A DNA stretch of 63,224 nucleotides, filler included, from Craspedostauros australis (lineage: Eukaryota), in the NCBI GenBank assembly GCA_030167865.1. It is 7 parts of 7 records of this genome, joined end to end, with 100 filler letters (N's around TTAATTAATTAA, not from the genome) between each part and the next. Parts side by side here need not be neighbours in the genome. Positions count along the whole stretch, not along the records: positions 47,256 to 59,234 come from JALAGF010006666.1; positions 59,335 to 63,224 come from JALAGF010006667.1; 5 more parts are not named here. The stretch is one strand, 5' to 3'. Below, one piece after another: positions 47,156 through 60,065 of this stretch (position 1 is its first letter; the number at the start of each line of letters is the position of its first letter). The notes below the pieces were generated by a model. That model made no database searches. It worked only from the letters and a program-made list of their open reading frames with translations, and was not told where the DNA came from. Position numbers and translations under genes: made by a program.

Positions 47156-48034
47156 NNNNNNNNNNNNNNNNNNNNNNNNNNNNNNNNNNNNNNNNNNNNT
47201 TAATTAATTAANNNNNNNNNNNNNNNNNNNNNNNNNNNNNNNNNNNNNNNNNNNNACTACTACTACTACACGAACACTACCAGGGCGAGCACAAGCATGG
47301 AACACAACAGCGAGTGCGCATGGCATTGGCGAGGAAAGTTGTGAGATGGAGCGAAANNNNNNNNNNNNNNNNNNNNNNNNNNNNNNNNNNNNNNNNNNNN
47401 NNNNNNNNNNNNNNNNNNNNNNNNNNNNNNNNNNNNNNNNNNNNNNNNNNNNNNNNNNNNNNNGAGATCATGTCGCAGATGCTAACGTGTATTTAACGTG
47501 TACCAAACGAACGACTCCTTCCGGAGCAGGTCCGTGACTGATCACCCGGCGATAAATACTTCGGAACAGCATGGAACCTTCTGAAAAACAACCAGGAGTT
47601 TCATGGGGTCGACTCATAGGACTTTAGCATATCTTTGACTGTACATAAAACTTAAAATAGGATCTAACTTAAAAATCGATCGGTTAATTATTTATATGGA
47701 GATTACGAGGATTACGAATATGTGCTTGGTTTGGATCTACTAGATAAAAGTTATTGAGTCCCATGACAAAGTGCAGGTCGACTCACTGATCGGGCTCTTA
47801 ACGTTAATGCAATGAAACTCTGGAGCGGTATGTCGTGTCTTTGCGCTCTGCATCCCAGTAGGTCGTATTGTGTTTGTGATAGCTCTGGAGCACGATGATA
47901 GGCAGATGTACAATACAACATGAAGCAATGCAAGTGCTCATCGACACAGCACATACCACATGAAGAGTGCAATAGCGGAATTGTAGTGTTGTTTATCGTG
48001 TTGTTGTGCTGTACATGTTGGAATCGTGCGCAAA

Positions 48035-49950
48035 CTATCGCGGTGCCGCACTGTTGTTGGGCACGGTCGGTTGCTGAATCCACTGTTGCTGCGCCGCGGC
48101 GCCGGCCGGTTGTGGTGCGGGAGCTTGCGCAACGTACTGCGGCGGTTGTGTCGCATGCAGAGGAACGGCTCCCTGATGTTGCGGAATGTACATGGCTTGG
48201 TATTGCGGAGCCGGTGCTGGTTGTTGGATGGCATGTGTATGCTGTTGCTGGTACTGCGGTGGCAAGGCTGCCGTTGGTGCTTGCTGTGATGCCTGCTGCT
48301 GTCGCGGTGGTTGTTGTGCGTGCTGTATGTATTGCACCTGTTGGACTGGTTGTTGTTGTTGTTGTTGTTGCTGTTGTTGTTGCTGTTGTTGTTGCTGTTG
48401 TTGTTGCTGTGGCTGTTGTTGCGGTTGCGCTGGCTGTGGAATTTGCTGCTGGTAGTGCGTATGCTGCGTGGCAGGTTGATGTTGATGTGTCGGCTGCGCT
48501 GCCTGCGGTGGTGGTGCCTGTTGTTGTTGTTGCTGCTGTTGTTGGAGTTGTTCCTGCGACTGCTGCGCGTGATGATGGTGATGCTGCTGTTGTTGTTGCT
48601 GCATCTGATGATGGAGCATGCTGGCATCGAGCATGGAATGTGCGACTCCAGTCGCTCCCGGTCCCAATGCCTGAGCCGGCGCCGCCTGCGGGATGCCTGC
48701 CATCGGCAATCCAGGTGGCATGCCTGCTGGCACGTTCATGGCTGCGGCCGCCGCCACTGCTTCCGCTGCCGGTATCGGCGCCGGCTTCGGAGTCGTGACG
48801 CGGGGTACTATGTCAATGAGAAAGTCATACACCTCGCTTTCGCCGACGGCCGCATGGATGTCCTGCCGCTGCAACGTCCGTCGGCGGTTGCGCTCCGTGT
48901 GACGCCATGCTCGGAAGGACATATCCTTGATCAGCAACTCGCAGGCCTTGCTCATGAGCACCGGCGCTTCTCCCGATATCATGAACTTGACCGTCGATCT
49001 GAGCTCATTCAAACCGTTGTCGCCGGTCTCCGCCGCAGCCGCCCGCAATCTCTCCTTTTCCAGCTCCTGCATGATGAACTCCTCGCTCTTCATGATCTTC
49101 TTGATGCGAGCCAAAGGCAGAGTCTGGATCTTCCAGTTTTCGGTGGCTGTTGCGCAATGATCGAAAAAGTATTGCAAAGTATAGTGCGGTGTAGTATCGT
49201 ATGATATTGTGCATCATTTGAAAATTGAGACATATCATAGATGCATAGTCATCAATGGAGAGGCATCGATGGATAGACATGGATGCCAATGCAGAGAGCC
49301 AAGATTCAGGATGAAAGTGTGAGACCAGAGATTCGTATCGGAAGATACATTGTTCGACAATGCGTTGACAACTTTGGATGCGGAGTGCATGGTACCATCA
49401 TTGCACATGTACGCGTTGCCGTGATATACTTGCGTCTGCTGTGCATGATTATCCAAGAGTTGAAGAGATGTAGTGCCGGCATTCGCGAAACAGAATCCTC
49501 TCGAATGCTCCGATCGGATCTGTCGCGTATCTTCGGAAACCTTCACAGTTCGTGCTTGTGCCAACTACAGCCATGTCTCGTGTCATATGGATCGTCGCAT
49601 CCATGCAGTGCGTGGTTGCATCCATCATGATGACGCTGATGATACTAGAATCCTCTGTTGTCTCTGCATATTACTTGCTTGCACGCTTCCTTGTTTCGAT
49701 CGCTTGGTTGATGGCCTCCACGACCGTGCATCATGTGGTACCCGCAGCATTGTTCGTTTTTTTCGTGTGGATGGATTTCCGGTCGGAACACTTGTTCGTG
49801 CGTGCGTACGTACACCCACTCTATTCACGACTGTGGACCCATCAAAACACACGCACCACAGTCGCTGATGGTTGATGTGAACTCACCTGGGTCGATCTGC
49901 CCGATGGCCTGCGTGGATTTGTCCCACATCTCTTCCAATCCTTCGTCCAT
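48035..49950 (-). CDS. NF-YC: Nuclear factor Y subunit C (HAP5-like) with a polyQ C-terminus, ~391 aa
   Basis: Exons 49950-49887 and 49146-48035 (phase-1 GT-AG intron). Histone fold LPLARIKKIMK...MISGEAPVL...RRRTLQRQDI...YDFLIDIVPR. Confidence 0.92.
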
Positions 49951-50927
49951 GGTTGCGGTTGTTTGTTATCGTCTTGGATGGTGATGATGTCCCTTGATGT
50001 GGATGATGATGGTGTTATCGGAATGTGGATGATGCTGCTTCACTCTTTGCTTTGGCTGTTTCGCAATCACAGGTGTTGCACCTGTACAAATAGATGAAAG
50101 ACACTGGACACACACAATCGATGGGTTGACCGTTGATGGCACAAAAATGTGTGTGCGACCCTTTGTGAAAGATGATGTCTGTCGTGTTGGTGGGTGATTC
50201 CTTTCGTCTCTCTGCTCATGTGCGGCAAAACGCTTCGACGCCATGAAGCGACAACGCTGCGGGTAATACTACGTCACACGCGCCACAGACACAACGGAGT
50301 CCACAAAAAGAGTGAGCAACAACTAACAGACCGACGTGAAATCAGGCGCCAGAACCGTTTGGCCAGCACGCGATCCATTCTGGCAAACGTAATTGGTCGA
50401 CGGATTGACCTTCACGGATCGGGCTGTTGTCAGCTTGTCTGTGCAATACTCCGACTATCGCTGTCGTGACGTCAATGGCCTGAAGGGTGCGACATAAATC
50501 AGACACAGACAGATCACCACGTCACACAACTCCTGCAGAGAGATGTTTGGGTGGACTGGGCAGGAACTGTTCTCAGATTCCGAATTCCATCCATTTTGTT
50601 AGTCGCATGAGTCAACGAAGGAACAAACAGGAAAAGCGTTTTCTTTTGGCGCCAAAAGCTGAACCTTGATGCGCGTGAACACGCAGCGCAGCAACGCGGA
50701 TGATGATCGCGACACCTGCTGATCTTTGCTTCAGCATTTGCATTTGCTTCTGCCTTTGTTTCTCTCGTCTACAAATCTAAACCTACGGATTATTACGGCC
50801 ACGATGAAGCTGGACCACGTGTGTCCACATCTCATGTGACCGTCGCAACGGTGATGTTGCAGCACATCTGATGTGCTCTACATGCTTCATTGCTACTGCG
50901 ATTTTGGGGGCCGCGACTTGTTGCTGA

Positions 50928-53077
50928 TTAGAGCTCCTCTCCCATGCCATCCATGTCCAGATCGCTCAGGTCACCCAAGTCACCGTATTCTCCCATGCCG
51001 TTGTAGTCGTAGTCAGACTGTGGTTGAGATGTGTGTGTGCGTGTGTGTATGAATTTGCGTGGTTGTTGCGCAAGTGTGACGTTGTGAGAGATGGATGATG
51101 TGGAATTCATCACACGGCCACAACGAAGTGTGGAGAAATTGATTCAAGTTGTGGAAACGCTGCAGTGCTTTGCAAACACACAACGCCCTGCCATACGCAT
51201 ACATATACCCGCACATGGTCCAACACAACGCAACACAACACCATCAGTAGCAGCAACCCAACATGCATGCATGCATTCATCCATCCATCAATCATATTCA
51301 TCAGTACGCAATACAAGTTCACTCACCATGGCGGACTCGTCATTTTTCTGCTGCTCGGCGATGTGCTTGTCGTACATCTCCTTCTCTCCGTCCTTCTTCG
51401 CGAAGAATGTTTCCTTGGCGAATGCCTCGGCCTCTTCGACGCTGTCGGTGACGATGATATCATCGAAGATGGTTCCGGTGGTGACCTGCCACAGCTCGAA
51501 TCCGACGTGGCTGCATCCGTCCTTGCAGACCATGTACATGGTGTCGTCGTACTTGTAGTCTGGGTTGTCGATCATCGGTGCCTCCCACTTGCCCTTGTAG
51601 TCTGGGTTCGGGATCTTGTTCTGCTTCCACTCTCCCTTGAACTCTGGGTTGTCGATCATGGGTGCCTCCCATTCACCATCGTCCTCGTCATCCCAGTCAT
51701 CTGGCTTGGTGGCTTCCGGATCGATGATCTCGGCTGGAATGTCATCGTATCCCTCTGGCTTGACATCCTCTGGATCCAGCATCATTGCCTCGTCAACCCA
51801 GTCGGCTGGCTTGGTGACGCTGTCGTCCTTGATGTTCTTTGGCTCCAGGAAGTCGAACTCGTCATCCAGCTTTCCCTCTCTGACGTTCTTGTTGTCGAGA
51901 CGCACCTCGAAGGTGTTGTCCGGTCTGAGGATGAGTGTGTACAGATGTGTGACGTCGTCGAATTCGCAAAGGACTTCGTTGTTGACGAGGAGGTTTTCAT
52001 CCTTGGTGTTGGAGTGGAGGATGACGTGGGTCTTGCGGTTGGAGGTGCCGCAGATGTCCGGTCCGAACATGACACCGTATGGTGTGTCGCCTCCGAAAGC
52101 AGCGGCGTCGAATTTGTCACCGCCTGGAAGGAGTTTGAGGTAGGCGCCGCCGCAGTCCAAGTTCTGCTCGTGCTTCACGCTGTACTGGATGACCAGGGGC
52201 TTGTCGCCCGAGATGAATGGCTTGTCGAGCTTGGCGGAGAGTCCGTAAAATCGAGCGTCCTGGCCTGTCTGGATTCCCTTGTCGGCAGCATCGCCGTACC
52301 ATTTTCCGGCAGTGTGCTTCCACGTTCCCATCTCCGCCTTTGGCTTCCACTTTGTGGACTCGGTCCAGCGCGATGTCCAGGCCTGTCATTGAACATGTTG
52401 TTGAATAGGTTGTTCAACAAGAGCATGGCATGATGTCACAGCATGGAGTGGAGGATGCGAAATCAATTCGTATTCGCACGTGGTTGGTGTGCGAACAAGG
52501 CGAATCGTCATCCGTTGAATGCATGGACGGCGATTCACGTCATTGGCATTATCGGCATCATGGTTAAGATTAGATTGGCAACCCCGCCATCAACGTAGCG
52601 TTGAGCAGGAGAAATGGTGTTTGTGTGTTTGGTCGTCACAAATGATGCGATTGTGGAGTATGGCAGCGAGCGAGCAACGAAAAATGGAGAGAAGTGGAAG
52701 TGGTGAGCGCTGTGTTTGGAAGAGTCATTCAACGCAAAGCAGAGTATCTGCACTATCTCACTATCTCTTGTCAAACATCGCACACCCGACGTGGATAATG
52801 GCGAGTGTCTGCAGTAGCGGATAGCACGCGCAATGCAAGCATCCTCATCATCGTGGTCATCTCCTTTCACGCGAGAGTTCGCGTGGTGCCCAGAAAGGCG
52901 AAGAATCTGATCGAGAAATGACGGCCACCGTAGCCAAGAAAGATCCAAGGCGTTGGTTCTGCTTGTGCTTGTGCTTCTGCTTACATCGTCATTGAACTTC
53001 TCCTTGAGGTAGACCTCTCCAGCGACTGGAGTGATGATGGAGGCCGCAGCCAGGATGGTGGACAGGGTGAACTTCAT
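50928..53077 (-). CDS. CRT: Calreticulin
   Basis: Exons 53077-52985, 52382-51327 and 51017-50928. Signal peptide, KHEQNLDCGGAYLKL, MFGPDICG, KPDDWD P-domain repeats, C-terminal GEEL. Confidence 0.96.
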
Positions 53078-53651
53078 CTTGCGAGACAGTATTGTGTTGT
53101 TGCTTGGCTTGGACTATGACTTCACTTGGATGAACCCTTGAATTGCTTTCACTTGAGCAGTTGTGAGTTGCTGAGCGGTTTTGGATTCGGTTTGTTGCGC
53201 TGTTTGGATTGTCGTGTTGTTTCGTGGTTTTCGCCCTTCGCGCTTCGCGCCTCGTCGTTGCAGATCGGAAGAGCCGTTGCGTTGTGCGTTGGGAATGCAC
53301 CCGTTTTCTCATTCCATCCTTCTTGTTCCTTCAGCGGACACGGACGCTGGACAGACCAAAACGCGATTTCGGTCATTTTCGCGGACTGCTGTGACCGTAT
53401 TGAATCGTGCCAAAACTTACACGTGGAATAGGGTACGAACTGGAGAGGCGAACTTTGCCGGCGCACGACTCTGCTTCTCTCTGGGAAAGATGAATGCCGA
53501 GCAACTGCCCACGTTTCCAGATTGCCACAAGACATTCGTTGCCATCATGATGCAGAGTTGAGTTTCACCACCCCTGGAATGAAACGTCCAGTCTTGTAAT
53601 ATATTACACTCGTACTCCTGCGCTGCCTCGCTTCTCACCATGTGCACTTGT

Positions 53652-55592
53652 TCATCCATCCTCCACGAAACTCCTGCCGCGCCGCGTGGCCGTACGTCCC
53701 AGGTCGCCTTGCTGCCGGTCGTCGTCCATGCCGTACCGACGCGCGATGTTGCCCATCCAGCTCAACGTCTCCACGCGGATCGATCCGGGCGTTGCCACGG
53801 CGATGAGCGGGCGCAGGAACTCGTCGGCCTCCTTGCCGTCATCAGACGACGAGGACATGTGACCAAATCGTTGCAGGGCCTGTGCGGCCGCGCCGTCCAA
53901 CCGGATCTTGCCGCCGCCCTTCACCTTGCGATCGAAGCGGCTGTCAGGTTCGCCGCTCTTGTTGTCGATGTGACCAGAGACGTACTGTATGTTGGAGAAC
54001 GCGTTTTCTTGTCGCAGCTCGTCATCGACAACGAACGCTTTCGTTTGCAGATCGATGTTGCTGGAATCACGCGGTTGTTCCTCGGCAGCATCATTGTCCA
54101 ATGCCTTCAACGCATCCACCAGCTGAGGGTCGTCCGATTGCTCGCACAGCAGATCGTCGAGGTCCAGTTGGTCGGCGTTGTGTGCGGACAGCAATCGCAT
54201 GTCGGCTTCGATCTTGCGATCCACCGTCAAGGCGACATCTCCATGGTTGGTGTGGACCAAACTGACGGTGTCTGGCGACAGCGAGTCCATGTGGATCTGG
54301 CACGCCGTCCAGTCGCCTTCACTTGTCTCGTCTTGGTCGTTAATCCCTTTCTCGACGGGGTCTTCCGCGCCAGTCACATCCATCGTCACTTCGCAACTTC
54401 CGTTGACGCCGTTGATCTCCACCATCGGAATGATCTTGCCCGTCATGGGATCTACCATGGTGGGTTGCATCCCGGACGTCTCCACAACGACCGGTCCATG
54501 ATTGGACTTGATGCGTGCAGCACGACGATCCGTATGCGTCGAATGCACCTTGATGGAGGCCTGACCGGACGACAAATACATGGAGCTGATATCACACAAG
54601 GCTCCAGTATCGTCGTTGTCCAAATCCATCATTGCGGATTGTGCTGGCGCTCGCAAATCGTCCTTGTCGTTCTGGCCAATTTCGACTTGCACACTGCTGG
54701 CATGCACACGTTTCGCCCGCAATCGGCTGTTGGTCGAAGGCAAATTGACTATCAGTTTCTGTGCCTCCAGTAAACCTGTCGCATGGATGATGGCTGCTTC
54801 GTTGGAGGGAGGTGTGTCGCTCGTGTTGTCGCTCGTTTCCTGTTGTTGCCGCATTGCTTCTAGCTGAATGATGTGCCCACGCAACTTCTTCACAGTGATA
54901 TTGCCGTTGCTGGTTTTGAGATTGACGTCGCCTTCGATCTTCTCTTGAACTTGGATTGTCCCGCCGGCGTCCAACGAGCAATCCAGGTTCAATTTCTCCG
55001 GCACCTGGATGGTGAGGACGGAGTTGATCTGATCCTGCTGCGTCGGTGGTGGACCGTAGGTGTGTTCGTAATCTTCCTCCTCATCGTCGTCGTCATCATC
55101 GTGGGAGTTGTCTGACTGATGCATCATCTGGACATCATTCACGATGCCATTGCCAGTACCATCGCCATCTGGGCCATCTTTCTTTTCAGCAATAGAGCTG
55201 CTGGTGCTGTCGCTGCTGGTACTGATCTCCTCAAGCGGCTCGAAGGCATCAGTCTGCGTTGACAACTCCGACGGAGGATGGCCAGTCTCAATTGCTCCTC
55301 GCTGTTCGGGATGTTCCAACAGAACGGAGACGTGTGCTTCGGCGCGGCCGATCGATGTATGCAGATCCTGCTCCAACTGGATGGACAGATTGGATTCCTT
55401 GCCACCATTGCGCAGATACGTGGGATGGAACTGTTGCGTAAACGTGAGACCCCCATCGTCCCTCCATTGTGGTTGGATGTCGACCAACACGTTTGGAACC
55501 TGCGAACGGATGGTCAGCGTGCCTCCCTGCTTCAACGTGGGCAATGGATAGTTCTTCCACAGCCGGCGAAGCTGTCTCGTGATGCCCTTCAT
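53652..55592 (-). CDS. DUF4097/FAM185A-like beta-repeat protein (646 aa)
   Basis: LTIQVPEKLNLDC...GDVNLKTSNGNITVKKLRG and TNHGDVAL repeats; basic amphipathic N-terminus. Confidence 0.65.
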   Translation of the reverse strand: MKGITRQLRRLWKNYPLPTLKQGGTLTIRSQVPNVLVDIQPQWRDDGGLTFTQQFHPTYLRNGGKESNLSIQLEQDLHTSIGRAEAHVSVLLEHPEQRGAIETGHPPSELSTQTDAFEPLEEISTSSDSTSSSIAEKKDGPDGDGTGNGIVNDVQMMHQSDNSHDDDDDDEEEDYEHTYGPPPTQQDQINSVLTIQVPEKLNLDCSLDAGGTIQVQEKIEGDVNLKTSNGNITVKKLRGHIIQLEAMRQQQETSDNTSDTPPSNEAAIIHATGLLEAQKLIVNLPSTNSRLRAKRVHASSVQVEIGQNDKDDLRAPAQSAMMDLDNDDTGALCDISSMYLSSGQASIKVHSTHTDRRAARIKSNHGPVVVETSGMQPTMVDPMTGKIIPMVEINGVNGSCEVTMDVTGAEDPVEKGINDQDETSEGDWTACQIHMDSLSPDTVSLVHTNHGDVALTVDRKIEADMRLLSAHNADQLDLDDLLCEQSDDPQLVDALKALDNDAAEEQPRDSSNIDLQTKAFVVDDELRQENAFSNIQYVSGHIDNKSGEPDSRFDRKVKGGGKIRLDGAAAQALQRFGHMSSSSDDGKEADEFLRPLIAVATPGSIRVETLSWMGNIARRYGMDDDRQQGDLGRTATRRGRSFVEDG

Positions 55593-56101
55593 GTTCCAGA
55601 ACGCAACGGTCGATAGTCAATGCTTTGCTGAACCTTGTGTGACCAATGCGTGATGGCGACAGATGTGAACAGTACGATCTATGGTGCTTCTCTGTTGGTG
55701 TTGATGGTTTCGGTAAAGCAACTCAACAGCACAGACAGCCACACGATCGCTTTTGTTGATGTTGTGTTCGTTGCAAACTGAATCAGAAACACAGATCTTC
55801 GTTGGGAACGATCTTCGATTCGTTCGATCAATCAAGCAGACCCGAACCATCTCAATCATAGAGGGTTCACCATCGAAGCTAGAGACTAACGCTGAATGCG
55901 TCTGCAACACTCTCATGCTGTTCATCATTGCGAATGATAGGGCTGAGCGATCGCCTCTGATCGACTCTACTTGACTTAGGTCTGCATCCCTGTCTGCCCT
56001 GTACGTATCATCATTCAATCCGTTGCTCGCATGATGTTCAGTGAATAGCATTTGCAGATAGATGACCATCCGTTCTTCCGTGTTTTCAACTAACTAGTCT
56101 A

Positions 56102-57475
56102 TCATGGATTCCCCTTGCAGACGTTGTCGCCGATACACTCTCCATCGCCAATCTCGTCTGAGGTCGTCTCGCAGGCACTCGTGCCCACGCAAGAATTGTC
56201 ACCGATTTCCGTGGCGCTGCTGGTGGAGAAGCACGCACGGTACCCAAGGCACGACTCTTCGCCCACGTCGGCGCTATTGGAACGACAAGCATTGTCGCCG
56301 ATGCAGGAGTACGGCTTGATCAGACCAAAGTTCGAGTTGCACGCATCTGCGCCCTTGCAGGCACCATCCGTGATCACACCCAAGCTCTCTTCGCACGCAG
56401 ATGGTCCCACACAGGAGTTGTCACCAACTGCGCGATAGCTGAAGGTGCAGGCTCTCTCGCCAAGGCAAGATCCTGTCCCAACACTCTCGTAGTTGTAGAC
56501 ACAAGCGCTGATCCCAATGCAGGATCTGGTATGGATGTCGCCTTTGTTGCTCGCACAAGCGTCTTCGCCAATGCAGGAGCCCTTGGCGATGTGTCCAATG
56601 TTTCTATCACAAGCTCTCTCGCCGTTGCAGGAATTGTTCTCGACGTATCCGACGGAGCTGGCGCATGCGTCCTCACCGTTGCAGGAAACGAATCCAAAAC
56701 CGATGTTGGTGGTTGCATCTGTTCCCAACATGCAAGCTCCATCTCCGTTGCAGGAGTTGGCACAGACTCGCACATGTCGGTGGCTGGCCCAGCCGCATGC
56801 ATCGCGGGAGGCACCATCTGGTGTGACGCAGCAGTTGGCATTGGCCGATGCACAGGCTGCGGTGACGCCAGCAGCCGTTCCGGTGAAACAAAGCTCTGAA
56901 GCCTTGACCGATTTCGATGCCTTTCCCAAATCGGGAGACTTTGCCGACTTACCGCTTTCTCCCGAAGCGCCAGACTTGGAATCTTTTGCCAGCTTGCTTC
57001 TTGCGGATTTCGAAGACTTGAGATCGCGCGTTGCAGCCTCATCTTGGGCATCCGGATGGGAAGCATCGGCACCGAACGCCACGGCAGTGGAATCCACAAC
57101 CGCGCTGCTTCGCAAACGACCGGCGTCAACCAGTTGAGAAGGGTCCTGTCCATCAAACGATGATGACGACGCCTGCGGTTGACTGACAGGATTTTGAGCT
57201 TGCCTACCTTGCGTCACGAATGATTCAAAGTTGATCGCGTTCGATCGCTCCCATGGTTTCACATCATCGTGCTTGTGCACGTGGTTGGTGATATCCGCAC
57301 TTTCTTTGGTGAATCCGTGTATGAGCTTCTGACGGGATGCATGCACATCGTCAACGTCGGCGATGTGATCATCAGCTGCGACGGAGTCTTCCAAGAGAGC
57401 ATCGACGCCATGAAAGATGAGGCTGTTTGCCACAACCAAAGCGATGATGTCGTTCTTCATGCTCAAGATAGTCAT
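56102..57475 (-). CDS. Secreted protein with RXL site, KxxK cluster and 18-aa Cys repeats (457 aa)
   Basis: Signal peptide; RDL followed by KSSK...KLAKDSK...KSAK...KASKSVK; about twelve SCxGxxAC repeats. Confidence 0.8.
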   Translation of the reverse strand: MTILSMKNDIIALVVANSLIFHGVDALLEDSVAADDHIADVDDVHASRQKLIHGFTKESADITNHVHKHDDVKPWERSNAINFESFVTQGRQAQNPVSQPQASSSSFDGQDPSQLVDAGRLRSSAVVDSTAVAFGADASHPDAQDEAATRDLKSSKSARSKLAKDSKSGASGESGKSAKSPDLGKASKSVKASELCFTGTAAGVTAACASANANCCVTPDGASRDACGWASHRHVRVCANSCNGDGACMLGTDATTNIGFGFVSCNGEDACASSVGYVENNSCNGERACDRNIGHIAKGSCIGEDACASNKGDIHTRSCIGISACVYNYESVGTGSCLGERACTFSYRAVGDNSCVGPSACEESLGVITDGACKGADACNSNFGLIKPYSCIGDNACRSNSADVGEESCLGYRACFSTSSATEIGDNSCVGTSACETTSDEIGDGECIGDNVCKGNP

Positions 57476-58514
57476 TGTGGGGGGATGTTGTGTTGCGCTG
57501 TGCTTTCCGAATGCTTGGGGCAGTCTGTGCCGATGAGAACGATTTTATGGGTTGATTTGTGGAGGTTCGTGATCTTCGCAACGAGATCGCGCACCTCCAT
57601 CGTGGCTGCAAAGGCACATGAGAGTGGCCCGGCTGAGAATTGGTGTGTGATGCGGGGTGAGGTTGCCCACATGATGATGGCAGGGGTTGAAAATGGTTCC
57701 TCTCTTCTGTGATGGTTGCTTTGTGTTTGCATCACAATGCGTGTATCGCCACGTGCTGGTTTGTGTCCGCTTTGATGTTGCGAAGGAGAAGAACGCATTG
57801 TTTGACATCGAAAATTCAATCGTGTTGTGTTGTTCCTCTTCATTGTTCGTCAAAAGAACAACTCCTTGAAGCGGATTTGTTCACGATCTCCGTTTCCCTC
57901 CGCCCGACGATCGAACAAGAGGCTCTCTTCTCTTCCTATCTCGCAACGCAGTACCTGGACAGATCGTCAGTTGTCAAGCCTGACCAGTTCATCACGTGTT
58001 GTGTCATCGAATAGGCCCTCCCCAATCGACGAAAGAACTATTTTACGAGTCTGGCTGTTCAACAACAACCCACAGTGTTTGATCCGCAATATCCGAATAC
58101 ATGAGAACACTGGGCCGATCCAACTTCACGACATGTCCAACCAATTTGAGTACTCCATTCGTGCAAGTTATGGCAGAGTGGTAACATGGCACTTGCATTG
58201 CGCAACACAATACGTACATGTGTACTCGAACACCTGAGCATTTTCTGTTATTTGTGGCTATTAGTGTGTAGTAGAGTGTAGAGTACTCGTTCTCTTCGTC
58301 CCACCAATCAATCCGTTGCTGATGAGTGGGCAATGATGACGGTTTAGCTTTGCGCTCAGTTTTGGTGCTTATCCAATGCTCACTTCCTCATCACCGGTGG
58401 GCAGGTGATGATCGAGCACTGAAAGAACGCAATTACTCGTCGGAGGATGGTCAACTGCATTGCGTTGCATTGCATTGCCTTGTCGTGTATCAAATGAATC
58501 AATCGGCCAACATC

Positions 58515-59234
58515 TTATGCGACGTTCTTACAAACTTCGGCACCGATGCACTCTCCATCACTGACCTCATCTGAGCTCATCTCACAGGCACTCGTGCCCA
58601 CGCAGGACTCATCGCCAACCTCAGCGTAACTGGAGAGGCACGCACGGTATCCAAGGCATGAGGCCTCGCCGACGTCAGCACCATTCGAGCGGCAAGATTC
58701 GTTCCCAATGCAGGAGTTGAGATGAATGAGGCCAGCGTTGGACTGACATGCGCTCGAACCTTGGCAGGCGCCATCAGTGACTACGCCCAAGCTCTCTTCG
58801 CACGCAGATGGTCCCACACAGGAGTTGTCACCAACTGCGCGATAGCTGAAGGTGCAGGCTCTCTCGCCAAGGCAAGATCCTGTCCCAACACTCTCGTAGT
58901 TGTAGACACAAGCGCTGATCCCAATGCAGGATCTGGTATGGATGTCGCCTTTGTTGCTCGCACAAGCGTCTTCGCCAATGCAGGAGCCCTTGGCGATGTG
59001 TCCAATGTTTCTATCACAAGCTCTCTCGCCGTTGCAGGAATTGTTCTCGACGTATCCGACGGAGCTGGCGCATGCGTCCTCACCGTTGCAGGAAACGAAT
59101 CCAAAACCGATGTTGGTGGTTGCATCTGTTCCCAACATGCAAGCTCCATCTCCGTTGCAGGAGTTGGCACAGACTCGCACATGTCGGTGGCTGGCCCAGC
59201 CGCATGCATCGCGGGAGGCACCATCTGGTGTGAC
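58515..59234 (-). CDS. Tandem paralog of the Cys-repeat secreted protein, 5'-truncated by a linker
   Basis: 58786-59234 matches 56379-56827; the C-terminal repeats have diverged. Confidence 0.8.
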   Translation of the reverse strand, partial: VTPDGASRDACGWASHRHVRVCANSCNGDGACMLGTDATTNIGFGFVSCNGEDACASSVGYVENNSCNGERACDRNIGHIAKGSCIGEDACASNKGDIHTRSCIGISACVYNYESVGTGSCLGERACTFSYRAVGDNSCVGPSACEESLGVVTDGACQGSSACQSNAGLIHLNSCIGNESCRSNGADVGEASCLGYRACLSSYAEVGDESCVGTSACEMSSDEVSDGECIGAEVCKNVA

Positions 59235-59798
59235 NNNNNNNNNNNNNNNNNNNNNNNNNNNNNNNNNNNNNNNNNNNNTTAATTAATTAANNNNNNNNNN
59301 NNNNNNNNNNNNNNNNNNNNNNNNNNNNNNNNNNTATTAATAGTCAATCCAACCAGTCAACGGAGATGCGCGATGCCACGCGCGTGCACGGATCGCTTCA
59401 TCCACGAATCGGTGAAAGCCAAATAGCATTTCGCGACTGTCGCAACATGAACATCACCAAGGAATTGAACCAAAATGCTCCGCAGAGAAGATTCAGTTCC
59501 AGTTGTATTGGAGTGCTATGCCCACTGATCGAACCTCTTCAACGTCGGAGCAACAAAAGCTGATCTGGCCATTGGGTGACGATCGATCCTCGCTCCATCC
59601 TGTCATAAAATCAATCAATCAATCATCAGTTCAGACAACCACACCAGCAGCCACAACGACAACGATCTGTTTGCCCGCTCGTACACGTGCCCAAGATAAC
59701 CGAATACAAATAATAACGGACAACATTCACACCACTTCACGTGCCATTTGACCAACACCACCATCACTAACAACAGCAACAACAACACAATCGTAGTC

Positions 59799-60065
59799 AT
59801 GGTTTCCTTCGGAAAAGCAGCTCTCGTGCTATCCCTGATGGGCACAGTCTCTCAGTTCGCTTCGGCTGGAGGTACGCAGAACACAAGCTAAATAGTTCTA
59901 TATCCCTCTTCATTGGCACCTGCTCTGTTGTTGTTGTGTTGCTCTCGCTCGAGCAAGTCAATTCGTCGATGACCTCATCGGTGCATATTGCCGCCATTCC
60001 AATGATCGAGCAGCAACTGCAGTGGCAGCAGCACGAGTAACAACAACAGCACCAACAGTTCTTCA
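59799..60065 (+). pseudogene. 5' stump of a secreted-protein gene, cut at an internal telomeric repeat
   Basis: MVSFGKAALVLSLMGTVSQFASAG, donor G|GTACG at 59872, then S/N-rich coding-like sequence ending at TTAGGGTTAGGG. Confidence 0.45.

Noticed and set aside
16493..54773. Long antisense ORFs (16493-17731, 44919-46424, 51165-52433, 53640-54773) and the Cys/Leu-rich ORFs at 21666-22766
   Set aside because: They are shadows of real genes with strong codon bias, or products of low-complexity repeats.
11957..59334. TTAATTAATTAA as a biological motif, and gene clustering across it (e.g. SIT with silaffin-like genes, or the whole window as subtelomeric)
   Set aside because: These are artificial 100-bp linkers, so contig order carries no information.
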